DNA from: Thermoplasmata archaeon
GTDB taxonomy: Archaea > Thermoplasmatota > Thermoplasmata > Lutacidiplasmatales > UBA184
Assembly (NCBI GenBank): GCA_035622275.1
Contig: DASPVQ010000006.1
Location: 2,455 to 66,454, forward strand
Length of the DNA stretch: 64,000 nucleotides
Direction of reading: 5' to 3'
Part shown: in pieces, positions 45,496-54,420 of the stretch
Position numbering within the stretch: the first letter of the stretch is position 1
How the letters are laid out: each line of letters opens with the position of its first letter
Made by a program: the position numbers and the translations under genes
Notes under the pieces: model-generated
Told to the model about the DNA's origin: nothing
What the model saw: the letters and a program-made list of their open reading frames with translations, nothing else
Databases searched by the model: none

Positions 45496-46189
45496 GACCG
45501 GCGGGCGCGAGGTCCGCGAACACGAACCCGTCCCGGGCGACGACGGGTCCGGGTTCCACGGCGATCGGCGCCGTGAACATCGGTCCGGCCACGACGCAGG
45601 TGTGGAACTCTCCCCGCTCGCCGCACGGATCGACGGTGGGGGGAAGGTCCGCCAGCAGCTGGCGATCGAAGCGACGCCCCGCGAACGACGGTGGGAGCTG
45701 GCGCGGGTCGAGCGCGACGAGGCGGGCATCGAGTCCCGCGTCGATCATCTCCCGCGCGAGCCGGTCGGTCGGGCGCCCCCAGAGGGGGAACACGGGGTCG
45801 ATCCCCGTACCCCGGAGGCGTTGCTCGCGGTAGGCCCGCACGTCCTCGAGGAACAGGTCGCCGAAGACCATCCGGCTCACCCCTTCGCGGCGCAGCCGCG
45901 CGAGCGCCCCCGCCATCGCCCGCTCGTAGACGTCGTTCGGGCACGGCGACGGGATCGGCACGGTCAGGAGCGGGAGGCCCACCGCGCTGGCCTGGAGCGT
46001 GAGGAGCTCCTCCCGGACCCCGTGCATCGACACGCGAGCGAACGTTTCCGTCACCGTCGTCAGCAGACCGGCGATCTCCAGGTCGCCGGCGCGTCGAGCC
46101 TCCCACAGGGCGAAGGCGGAATCCTTGCCGCTGCTCCACGACACGTAGGCCTTGGGGAGCCGCCGGCCCCCCGCGGACCCGGCGGTCAC
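45476..46189 (-). CDS. PP-loop ATPase, diphthamide synthase (Dph6)/MJ0570-like
   Basis: WSSGKDS, FGDLFL, PLW and DPCGERGEFHT motifs. Confidence 0.88.
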   Translation of the reverse strand: MTAGSAGGRRLPKAYVSWSSGKDSAFALWEARRAGDLEIAGLLTTVTETFARVSMHGVREELLTLQASAVGLPLLTVPIPSPCPNDVYERAMAGALARLRREGVSRMVFGDLFLEDVRAYREQRLRGTGIDPVFPLWGRPTDRLAREMIDAGLDARLVALDPRQLPPSFAGRRFDRQLLADLPPTVDPCGERGEFHTCVVAGPMFTAPIAVEPGPVVARDGFVFADLAPAGLNRASR

Positions 46190-47844
46190 CTCCCCCCGAA
46201 CTCCGAGAGATCCCGCTGGACCCGGCGCGGCCCCCGTCGCTCCCGGCTCGTGGGGGTCTCCCGAGGTCCCTCGACCTCGGAGGGGGCGAGGACGCGCGCG
46301 ACGACCGGGGCCGATGGATCCGCACGGGCGAGATACGCCACCTCCTCGGGTGTGAGCGCGAGCTCGTGGGCGAGCGCCCGGGCTACCGAGAGCGCGCGGG
46401 CACTGGCGCGGCGGTCGGAGGCGACGGCGAACAGCTCGTCGAGCAGCGGGAGCACGGACTCCCGGGCCTTCGCCCGCGAGAGGTGCAGGTGTCGACCGGC
46501 CTTGCGGGCCACCGCGTCGCGCACGCCGCGGGTGGCACGCGAGCGGCCCATCTCACCGAGGAACCCGGGAAAGTAGGCGCGTCGCTCCGACGGGGCGGGC
46601 GCTTCACGGACGGCGAGCCCGACCCCGCCCGTCAGCACCTCCGACGCGTAGCTCCAGAGCCCCCAGATGCGCCAGCGCCGGGCCCGGGCGAGCAGGTGCT
46701 CGGCCGCCGCGAGCCGGTCGAGCGCCGCGGCCCGGTGCTGCGGATCCGGCGCGAAATGCGGAACGTTCTCCTCGATCCAGGGCAGCAGATCGTCCGGCGG
46801 CGCGTCGAGCCGGTCCCGGATCTCGATCGACCGGTAGAAGCGAGCCGAGGTGAGGACCTCCTCGGTCACCGCGGCGAAGTCGGACGCGAGGTCCCGTCCG
46901 GCCAGCACCTCGAGCTGCCGCGGGCCCGCGGGGAGCGGAGCGATCGCGTCGAGGTCGTTCACCGCGGCCCGCAGGTCGCCTCGGCTGCGCTGCACGATCG
47001 ACTCGAGCGCGCCCGGCGCTAGCTCGATCCGCTCGCGTCGCGCGATCGCCGACAGGGCGCCGCCGAGCTCGCGATCGCGCAGGGGGTAGAAGCGGATGCG
47101 GGCAACGCTCGTGCGGAAGACCGCCGAGTAGCGGGTCAGGACGCGCTCGTCGTTGACGATCATCACGATCGGCTGCCGCGTCGAACGGACGAGTCGGGCC
47201 ATCGCGGCCATGCCGCCCCGGTCCGACTCGTCGCGCGGTCGCGCGGCTCCCCGCCAGTCCTCCAGGTCCCGGCGGGCCGCCGACCGTCGTGCCCAGGCGT
47301 GGTTCCCCGGAGTGCGGGGCACCGCGTCCCACGATTCGAAGGGCAACGGCTTCTCCTTCGGCACCAACCCCCAGGCCGCGTTCAGCGCCTCGATCCCCCC
47401 GTACCGTCCCCGCAGGAACTCGCGGAGCGGGAGCGGCGTGGGGGCGGGGCGGGGCGACTCGGTCGCCCGTCCGCTCAGCGAGTCGGCCTCGTCCAGGACG
47501 ATCAGCGTGCGGGAGGGGCCATCGCCCGTCGTTCGGTCGAGCAGCGGGTGCGTGATCGACGCCCGACCGGCGACGCGCTCGATCGCGGCCTCGTTGCGGG
47601 CATCGGAGGCGTTCATCTCGACGACGGGCCAACCGAGCTCCGCGGCGAGCGCGAGGGCCGCGCTCGTCTTCCCGACGCCGGGAGGTCCGAACAGCAGGGC
47701 CGCGCGGTGTCCCGCCGGTAGGCCGGATCGCCAGCGATCGGCCCACGCGCGGAGCTCCGCGACCGCGCGTGGATTCCCGACCACGTCAGTGAGCCGGGTC
47801 GGCCGGGTCCTCTCGGACAGCGGCAGCCGTGAGGCGAGGGCCAT
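46186..47844 (-). CDS. rfcL: Replication factor C large subunit with an internal insertion
   Basis: ERTRP, GPPGVGKT, EMNASDAR, LDEAD, DRGG, GDLRAAVNDL; ATG at 47844. Confidence 0.9.
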   Translation of the reverse strand: MALASRLPLSERTRPTRLTDVVGNPRAVAELRAWADRWRSGLPAGHRAALLFGPPGVGKTSAALALAAELGWPVVEMNASDARNEAAIERVAGRASITHPLLDRTTGDGPSRTLIVLDEADSLSGRATESPRPAPTPLPLREFLRGRYGGIEALNAAWGLVPKEKPLPFESWDAVPRTPGNHAWARRSAARRDLEDWRGAARPRDESDRGGMAAMARLVRSTRQPIVMIVNDERVLTRYSAVFRTSVARIRFYPLRDRELGGALSAIARRERIELAPGALESIVQRSRGDLRAAVNDLDAIAPLPAGPRQLEVLAGRDLASDFAAVTEEVLTSARFYRSIEIRDRLDAPPDDLLPWIEENVPHFAPDPQHRAAALDRLAAAEHLLARARRWRIWGLWSYASEVLTGGVGLAVREAPAPSERRAYFPGFLGEMGRSRATRGVRDAVARKAGRHLHLSRAKARESVLPLLDELFAVASDRRASARALSVARALAHELALTPEEVAYLARADPSAPVVARVLAPSEVEGPRETPTSRERRGPRRVQRDLSEFGGR

Positions 47845-47948
47845 CACGGCGGCAATCCCTTCCGGGCTTAAGCGGCGCCGCCGTCGGGGTCCGGAGGGCC
47901 CCAAAGGCTGAGTACGTGGCCCCCCTCCTTCCGCTCGCGGAGGTCGCC

Positions 47949-48962
47949 GTGAACGCGCGAGCGACCATAGAGGGACGGCCGCTCCCCGGCACGACACGCT
48001 GGGCGTCCGGTATCGGGCTTTCCTTGGCCTTGCCGACCGGCCCCGCACCCGGCGCGGAACGTCAGCTCGCGACGCTGGCGCGACACGCCCGGTCCCGGGG
48101 GGTGACGGTCTTCGAGATCGGAGAGGGCAGCGTCGGAGCGCGGGTCGAGCGGACCCTCGCCGCGGCGTTCCCAGCGCCGGATCCGGAGCTCCTGCTCATC
48201 GGGCGACGTACGGGCCCGACGGGGGAGAGCCCACCGGTCCCGCGCGGCGGTGGGACCGGCGCGAGCCCGAGCGAATCGCTGCGACGCTCGATCGAAGAGA
48301 GCGGGCGTCGCCTGGCCCCGCACCGACTTGGACTCGTGATCTGGGAGCCGACCGGCGAAGGGACGGGCTCGCCCGCCGCCATTGCCGGCGAGCTGGAGGA
48401 CCTCCGCCGGTCGGGCGATATCCTCGGGGCGGTCCGGTGCGTCGCGCCGGCGGCCGATGGGGAGGTCGTGCTGGATCCGCCGGACGGACCGGCGCTCTTC
48501 GCCGGCGCGTTGTCCCCCCTGGACCACCGCCTGGTCGGTCCCCTCGCCGGACGCAGCGCCCGGGCGCCGACCGGTTTCTTCGCGCTCGATCCGATGGCGG
48601 CCGGTCGGCTGGACGGTCGCCGTCTCATCGCCGCCGCCAGCGAGCGTCGGCCGGAGGCCGGACCGGTGAGCGTCCGGGACCTCCACCGGGAATTCGACCC
48701 GGTCCTGCGGCTCGGCTTCCTGACCCAGGGCGGCCGCCGTACCCTGGCGCAGGCGGCCATCGGCTTCGCCCTTCACTGGCCCTGGGTCACCTCGGTCCTC
48801 GTTCCCCTGCCGTCGCCCGAACGGCTCGAGGAGGTCCTTTCGGCCGGGTCCGTTCCCCCCATCACCGACGCGGACGCGGACCGGATCCTCGGGGCCGCGC
48901 CCGACGGCGACCCTCGGCGGGACCCGGGCTCAAATAGCCCCGCTCGCTCGAAGCCCGGATGA
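47949..48962 (+). CDS. Divergent aldo/keto reductase-like protein
   Basis: C-terminal TLAQAAIGFAL...VTSVLVP...ERLEE resembles AKRs; N-terminal catalytic motifs not recognisable. Confidence 0.55.
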   Translation: MNARATIEGRPLPGTTRWASGIGLSLALPTGPAPGAERQLATLARHARSRGVTVFEIGEGSVGARVERTLAAAFPAPDPELLLIGRRTGPTGESPPVPRGGGTGASPSESLRRSIEESGRRLAPHRLGLVIWEPTGEGTGSPAAIAGELEDLRRSGDILGAVRCVAPAADGEVVLDPPDGPALFAGALSPLDHRLVGPLAGRSARAPTGFFALDPMAAGRLDGRRLIAAASERRPEAGPVSVRDLHREFDPVLRLGFLTQGGRRTLAQAAIGFALHWPWVTSVLVPLPSPERLEEVLSAGSVPPITDADADRILGAAPDGDPRRDPGSNSPARSKPG

Positions 48963-49420
48963 TCGCCGAGGGCGAGATCGCGCCGTCCTTCCAGGGCACG
49001 ACGCAGCACGGCCAGCCGATCGACCTCGAGAGCTACCGCGGCCGTCCCGTGGTCGTCTACTTCTACCCGAAGGCGAACACCTCGGGCTGCACGATCGAAG
49101 CGCGGGGCTTCGCCACCCACTACCCCGAGCTCCGGGCCGCGGGGATCGACGTGATCGGGGTGAGCGTCGATAGCGTCGACCGCCAGCGCGGCTTCGCCGA
49201 GCGGTGCGGCGTCCCCTTTCCCCTGATCGCGGACCACGACCGGGCGATCTCCCGCCGCTACGGCGTGCTCGGGGTCTTCGGGATGGCCAAGCGCGTGACC
49301 TTCTTCATCGGCGCCGACGGCCGTGTCGAGGAGGTCGTCGCCGGCATGATGCCGGGCCCGCACGTCGAGCGGGCGGTGGCGCGGGCCCGGTCGGCCCGAT
49401 CCGCGGGTCCGCCGACCTAG
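48959..49420 (+). CDS. bcp: Peroxiredoxin Bcp/PrxQ
   Basis: YFYPKANTSGCTIEA, GVSVD, RVTFFI. Confidence 0.9.
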   Translation: MIAEGEIAPSFQGTTQHGQPIDLESYRGRPVVVYFYPKANTSGCTIEARGFATHYPELRAAGIDVIGVSVDSVDRQRGFAERCGVPFPLIADHDRAISRRYGVLGVFGMAKRVTFFIGADGRVEEVVAGMMPGPHVERAVARARSARSAGPPT

Positions 49421-49614
49421 TCGAGGTCGAAGTACAGCTTCACGGTCGCGTGGTACTCCGCGACCTTCTGGTCCTTGATCAGGCCCTCGAGCTCGGTGAC
49501 CCGGAACCACCGCAGGTTGCGCACGGTCTTGGCGGCCGTCGTCACCGCGTTCTGCGCGGCATGCGCGAATCCGTCGTTCGAGATCCCCACCACTTCCGTC
49601 ACTTTCTGGACCAT
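49417..49614 (-). CDS. Dodecin (flavin-binding)
   Basis: MVQKVTEVVGIS...NLRWFRV...YHATVKLYF; 65 aa. Confidence 0.9.
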   Translation of the reverse strand: MVQKVTEVVGISNDGFAHAAQNAVTTAAKTVRNLRWFRVTELEGLIKDQKVAEYHATVKLYFDLD

Positions 49615-49713
49615 GGGCCCACCGGCCGCGGGGACGCGCCCCCCCGCTATAGCGCCAGCGCCCGCCGCACAAGCGTCTAATCGGCCGCGGGGTTCGCGGG
49701 CCCCGAGGTCCCC

Positions 49714-50937
49714 GTGAAGATCCGCCGCGTCGAGCCGATCGAGGTCGCCGCCCCCGCCGACGAGCTCTCCTCGCCCTGGAGCTCGACCGTAATCCTCGTC
49801 AAGGTCACCACGGCGAACGGCGCGGTGGGCTGGGGCGAGGCCCCGACCACCCTGATGACCCATCCGGTCGCGGCCAGCGTCGCGGAGGTGGCCCGTTTCT
49901 ACGAGGACCGCGAGCTCTCCGAGCAGGCGGCCTGCCTGCGCGAGTTCGAGCGCTACTCGTTCTACCGCTCCCGCTCGATGGAGGCGACGAGCGCGCTCAG
50001 CGCCGTCGACATCGCCTGCCATGACCTGATCGGCCGGGAGCTGGGAACGCCGATCGCCACGCTGCTCGGCGGCGCCATCCGCGACCGGGTGCGCGCCTAC
50101 TCCAACGGGTGGTACTCCGACTGCATCGAGCCGTCGGAGTTCGCGGCGAAGGCGCGGGCGATGGTCGCCGCCGGCTTCCGGGCGTTGAAGTTCGACCCGT
50201 TCGGCCCGGAGTACCGGACGCTCTCGCCCGAGGGGCTCGCGGCCGCGATCGCCCGGGTGCGGGCCGTCCGGGAGGCGGTGGGGCCGCTCGTCGATCTCCT
50301 GATCGAGTACCACGGGCGCTTCCTTCCCGAGGCCGCGATCCGCGCGGGCCGGGCGCTCGACGAGCTTGCCCCGCGCTTCGCGGAGGAGCCGGTGCTGCCC
50401 GAGCTGTGCGACTCCCTGCGCGAGTTCCGCCGCAAGGTGCGCACCCCGGTCGCCCTCGGCGAGCGCCTGCTCACGCCCGCCGACTTCGAGAGCTTCCTCT
50501 CCCGAGGCCTCGTCGACATCCTGCAGCCGGACATCACGAACTCGGGCGGGTTCACCTACGGACGGGAGATCGCGGGCCTCGCGGCCGCGCGCGGCGCGCC
50601 GGTCGCCTACCACAACGCCTTCGGGCCCGTCCAGACGGCGGCGACGCTCCAGATCGACGCGGTCCTGCGGACCTTCTTCCTCCAGGAGAGCTTCGAAGCG
50701 AGCTGGCCGGACTGGAAGCGCTCGCTCGTCCGGGGCTACGCCATCGAGGGCGGCGAGTTCCGCATCCCCACCGGCCCCGGGCTCGGCATCACCGTCGACG
50801 AGAAGGCGGTCGAGCGATTCCGCTCCGAGGCGATCGAGCCGATCGGCCCCGAACCGCCGTGGGTGATCGCGGGAACCTGGGTCCGTCGCGCGTCACCGGG
50901 CTCGGCACCGGCCCCGGCCCGCCGCGCGCGCCGGTGA
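49714..50937 (+). CDS. Mandelate racemase/MLE-family enzyme (sugar-acid dehydratase-like)
   Basis: KFDPF, EYHGR, EEP, GER, QPD and YHN motifs. Confidence 0.88.
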   Translation: MKIRRVEPIEVAAPADELSSPWSSTVILVKVTTANGAVGWGEAPTTLMTHPVAASVAEVARFYEDRELSEQAACLREFERYSFYRSRSMEATSALSAVDIACHDLIGRELGTPIATLLGGAIRDRVRAYSNGWYSDCIEPSEFAAKARAMVAAGFRALKFDPFGPEYRTLSPEGLAAAIARVRAVREAVGPLVDLLIEYHGRFLPEAAIRAGRALDELAPRFAEEPVLPELCDSLREFRRKVRTPVALGERLLTPADFESFLSRGLVDILQPDITNSGGFTYGREIAGLAAARGAPVAYHNAFGPVQTAATLQIDAVLRTFFLQESFEASWPDWKRSLVRGYAIEGGEFRIPTGPGLGITVDEKAVERFRSEAIEPIGPEPPWVIAGTWVRRASPGSAPAPARRARR

Positions 50938-50950
50938 GCGGGCCGCCCCG

Positions 50951-51433
50951 CTAGCCCGGTCCCACCGCGTTGATCGTCACGTAGAGCACGAGGTTCGAGC
51001 CCGGCGTGGACGGGGCGATCAGGAACAGCTGGAGGCCGGCGTCGTCCTGGCCGGCGGTGACGGTCGCGGGCAGCGTCGGGATCGTCTTCGCGAGCGTGAA
51101 CGGCGTCAGCGACTGCGCCGAGTAGAGGGTGTGGCTCTGCGTGTCGAAGTTCTGTAGGATCACCCAGATCGAGAAGTTCTGGCCGGGGCTCAGCGAGATC
51201 GGGTAGCCGTTCGCCCCGCCCGTGATGTTGAAGACGCTCGGGCCGAACCAGGGCTGGCCGGACGCCGTCGTGCCCTGGACGATCTGCACCTGGGTCCGGG
51301 CGATCGTCACCGTGGGCGGGGCCTTCCCCGGAAGGGTGAGGACCCCGAAGGCGATGAGCGCGAGCAGCACGATCAGGACCGCCGCGCCGATCGCGATCAG
51401 GATCGTCCAGAAGTGACGACGCAACCGCTTCAC
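50951..51433 (-). CDS. Membrane-anchored beta-rich extracellular protein
   Basis: Basic N-terminus, one TM helix, Ig-like beta composition. Confidence 0.6.
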   Translation of the reverse strand: MKRLRRHFWTILIAIGAAVLIVLLALIAFGVLTLPGKAPPTVTIARTQVQIVQGTTASGQPWFGPSVFNITGGANGYPISLSPGQNFSIWVILQNFDTQSHTLYSAQSLTPFTLAKTIPTLPATVTAGQDDAGLQLFLIAPSTPGSNLVLYVTINAVGPG

Positions 51434-51469
51434 GGCGACCTCCCCCGCTCGCCCGAGCCCGCCGCGGCC

Positions 51470-52222
51470 CTAGTGGGGCGGGGCGAGCGAGTAGACGGGG
51501 ATGGACGCGAGCAGCGTCGAGGGACTGCCCGTGTACTGCAGGTAGATCGTGCAGGCGCCCGGGTCCGTGAAGCACCAGGGCGGGGCGCCGTGGTAGTCGT
51601 CGGAGTCCAGGCACTGCGTCACGCCCATCTTGCAGTCGTCGTAGTCGAGCGGGTAGCCGCCGTTGTGGATGTAGAGCAGGTAGGTGTCGCCGGCGGCCAG
51701 CGTGGTGTTGTCCCCCGTGATCGGGATGAACATCCCGAGCCGGTTGTAGGCGGTCCCGAACGCGCCGCCGCCGTAGCCGCCCGCGTGGAAGCTCGCGCAC
51801 CAGCCCAGCTCGGGCGCGCCCGCGGGGGGATCCGAGGTGAGGCCCGGGAACCAGGTCATCTGCGCGAGCGTGCCGGTCACGAGCGTGGTGATGTTGCCAC
51901 CGCTGCTCGCGTTGTCGCAGATGAAGGTGAGCGTGATCTGCGAGAGCAGGATCACGTTGGGCGAGTAGGTCGAGACGATGATCTGGCTCGTGTTCATCAG
52001 CGAGTAGCCGCCGTGCGGAGGCGTGTCGGTCGGGTCGCCCCAGACCGGGTTCGACCCGCCCGTGCGCAGCACGAAGTTCACCGCGGGGTACGCCGGCGGG
52101 GTCGTGATGCGGAACGTCCAGAGCACGACGCCGGCCGTGAGCGTCATCGCGACGAGCAGGATCGTGGCGATGATCGCGGCGACCCCCCGGGGTCCGGCGC
52201 GCCGCCACCGACGACGGTACAT
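51470..52222 (-). CDS. Archaeal type IV pilin-like protein
   Basis: Class III signal peptide RG|VAAIIATILLVAMTLTAGVVLW. Confidence 0.82.
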   Translation of the reverse strand: MYRRRWRRAGPRGVAAIIATILLVAMTLTAGVVLWTFRITTPPAYPAVNFVLRTGGSNPVWGDPTDTPPHGGYSLMNTSQIIVSTYSPNVILLSQITLTFICDNASSGGNITTLVTGTLAQMTWFPGLTSDPPAGAPELGWCASFHAGGYGGGAFGTAYNRLGMFIPITGDNTTLAAGDTYLLYIHNGGYPLDYDDCKMGVTQCLDSDDYHGAPPWCFTDPGACTIYLQYTGSPSTLLASIPVYSLAPPH

Positions 52223-52300
52223 TCACGCATTTATCCGCATCGGGAGTTATCAACCTTGTGGGCCCGCCGGCGCGGGCCGACGCTCCTGAGATCCCTCGAC

Positions 52301-52373
52301 AGCCGCCAGAGAGGATCGAACTCCCGACCTGCTGATTACAAATCAGCCGCTCTCCCAACTGAGCTATGGCGGC
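52301..52373 (-). tRNA. tRNA-Thr(UGU)
   Basis: Cloverleaf with GCCGCCA/TGGCGGC acceptor stem, anticodon loop TTTGTAA and TTCGATC T-loop; no encoded CCA, no intron. Confidence 0.97.
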
Positions 52374-52458
52374 ACCGTCGGACGGCGCCGGAGGTCCCGG
52401 CGCGGGACTTATAGGGTTCGGTCCGCGCGCGCGATGCACCGGGGGCCGGCGGCCCGGC

Positions 52459-54420
52459 CTAGGCGCGCACCGGCGGCGCGGTGTCCGGCCCGGCCCCGGC
52501 TGTGCGCGCGGTGGCCGGAGCCCGGGCCGTGGGGGGCGCGCTCGCGACCATCGGGAGCGGGACGCCCCGGTCGATCGGCCGGTCCGAGCTCGGACCCCGG
52601 CGCCCGACCCACCAGCGCCGCAGCCAGAAGCGAACGTCCTGGTGGTACATGTTGCCGTAAGGGCACGCCCCGACGCAGTCGCCGACGCCGCAGCACTTCG
52701 TGCTCCGGTACTCGCCGTCCCGCCGGAAGTACAGCGGCATGTCGACCAGGCCGACCGGGCAGGCCTTGGCGCAGTCGAACGTCGTGCACTGCTGGCAGAC
52801 CTTCTTGTCCTTGACCTTGAGCCGGAACAGGCCGATCCGGGCGAACGGCAGCGTGAGGGCGCCCCAGTGGCAGAAGCCCGTGGTCGCGCAGTTGTACGTG
52901 CCGATGAACGGCGTCGTGACGAACATCGCGAACCAGACGCCGCCGAAGTAGAGCTCGACCGGGAGCGGCAGGGCCGCGGTGTCGAACTCTCCGTTGGCCA
53001 CCTGGACGGCCGGCAGGAGCTTCAAGAAGGCGAGCACGGAGATCGCGAAGAGCGAGGCGAGGGCGACTCCGGAGGCGACCACGTAGCCGGTCGACAGCCG
53101 GCTGCCGAGGAAGTACTGGCCGACCTTCGAGCTCTGGTTGAACCCGCGCATCTCGCTCATCGCGGTTCCCTGGTACATCAGCGCCGCCCCGCACATCACC
53201 GAGCAGACCGCCTTGCGGCCGAAGAGCACGGTCAGGACGCCGACCGAGACGTACATCAGGATCACCGCGAGGAAGAGGCCGGACTCGAACGGCCCGCCGG
53301 TCCTCAGCCCGAACCCCCAGCCGATCACGGGCAGCGAGGCGAGCCAGGAGGCGCTCAGCAGCGGCGTGGACGAGGCGAGGCTCGGGATGTAGATCGCGGC
53401 CAGCGCGTACGCCGCGATCGTCAGACCCAGCCGGTACTTCTGCGAGCGCTCGTGGGCCTCCCGGATCTTCAGGACGACGAGCGGGCCCATCGTGAAGCCG
53501 AGCAGGACCAGGAACCAGGCGGAGGCGAGGATCGCGCTCCCGAACCAGAGGCCGTTGTACGCCGCGATCCCGACCTGGTGGAGGGCCGAGCCCGTGTACG
53601 CAACGAACGGGATGTACTGCAGGAACGTCCGGCCGGCGATCTCGAGGTCGAGGAGCGCACCCAGGAAGAACTCGCCGAGGAACGCGAAGAGCAGGAACTC
53701 GAAGATCGCGGTGGGCCGGAGGAGCCAGGGAACGCGTTCGCCCGCCGGGGGCCGGGCGGCCTCCAGGACCGTCACGATCGCCACCGCGAGCTGCAGGAGG
53801 AGGCTGGCGCCGAGGACGTACGGCGAGCCCTCGAACTGCCAGAGGAACCAGCCGGCGGCGCTCACGAGCGCGGCGAAGGGCCAGCGCACGATCCCCCCGA
53901 GGACCGACGCCTCGAGCTGCTTGTGCCGGTAGAGGAACTGCAGCGCGACCACGAGCGACGCGACGATCACCGTGGCGCCCAGCAGCGCCGAGACGAGCCC
54001 CCATTCGGGCCGATCGACCAGTGTGGGCGTGGCGGCGACGACCCCGGCCTGGGCGGCGAGCAGGAACCGGAGCCCGGGCGCGAGGGCCGACGCCGAGAGA
54101 ACGGCGAGCAGCAGGATCTCGAGCGCCAGCGTCGCGACGAACAGCGGCGCGAAGAACAGCGCGTCGAGCGCCGTCCCGGAGATCGCCAGCAAGAGCGCGA
54201 GGGCGGCGTCGCCCGCGACGATCACCCCAACGGGCCCCCATGGGAGCGTGGTCGACCCGCTCCGCCGCCCGGCGAAGAGCCAGCCGGCGCTCAGCGCGAG
54301 GCTGAGGACCGCGGCCACGAGCGCGCCCGGCCACCCTCCGGCCACCCGGGCGACGAGGAGCGGCGCCGCCGCGGCGACGACGATGGCAAGAACCGCGGGG
54401 GAGGGAAGCCTAGAACTCAC
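52459..54420 (-). CDS. Polytopic membrane protein with C-terminal 4Fe-4S binding domain (NapH/NosR-like)
   Basis: Many TM helices; CSVMC, CATTGFC, CQQCTTFDCAKACP and CCGVGDCVGACP. Confidence 0.75.
   Translation of the reverse strand: MSSRLPSPAVLAIVVAAAAPLLVARVAGGWPGALVAAVLSLALSAGWLFAGRRSGSTTLPWGPVGVIVAGDAALALLLAISGTALDALFFAPLFVATLALEILLLAVLSASALAPGLRFLLAAQAGVVAATPTLVDRPEWGLVSALLGATVIVASLVVALQFLYRHKQLEASVLGGIVRWPFAALVSAAGWFLWQFEGSPYVLGASLLLQLAVAIVTVLEAARPPAGERVPWLLRPTAIFEFLLFAFLGEFFLGALLDLEIAGRTFLQYIPFVAYTGSALHQVGIAAYNGLWFGSAILASAWFLVLLGFTMGPLVVLKIREAHERSQKYRLGLTIAAYALAAIYIPSLASSTPLLSASWLASLPVIGWGFGLRTGGPFESGLFLAVILMYVSVGVLTVLFGRKAVCSVMCGAALMYQGTAMSEMRGFNQSSKVGQYFLGSRLSTGYVVASGVALASLFAISVLAFLKLLPAVQVANGEFDTAALPLPVELYFGGVWFAMFVTTPFIGTYNCATTGFCHWGALTLPFARIGLFRLKVKDKKVCQQCTTFDCAKACPVGLVDMPLYFRRDGEYRSTKCCGVGDCVGACPYGNMYHQDVRFWLRRWWVGRRGPSSDRPIDRGVPLPMVASAPPTARAPATARTAGAGPDTAPPVRA

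Noticed and set aside
47224-47469. Mini-intein in RFC
   Set aside because: No Cys/Ser N-terminal block and no His-Asn + Cys/Ser/Thr C-terminal junction.
52301-52373. tRNA-Thr as an island integration site
   Set aside because: No duplicated tRNA 3' end and no nearby integrase seen; flanking genes have host-like codon use.
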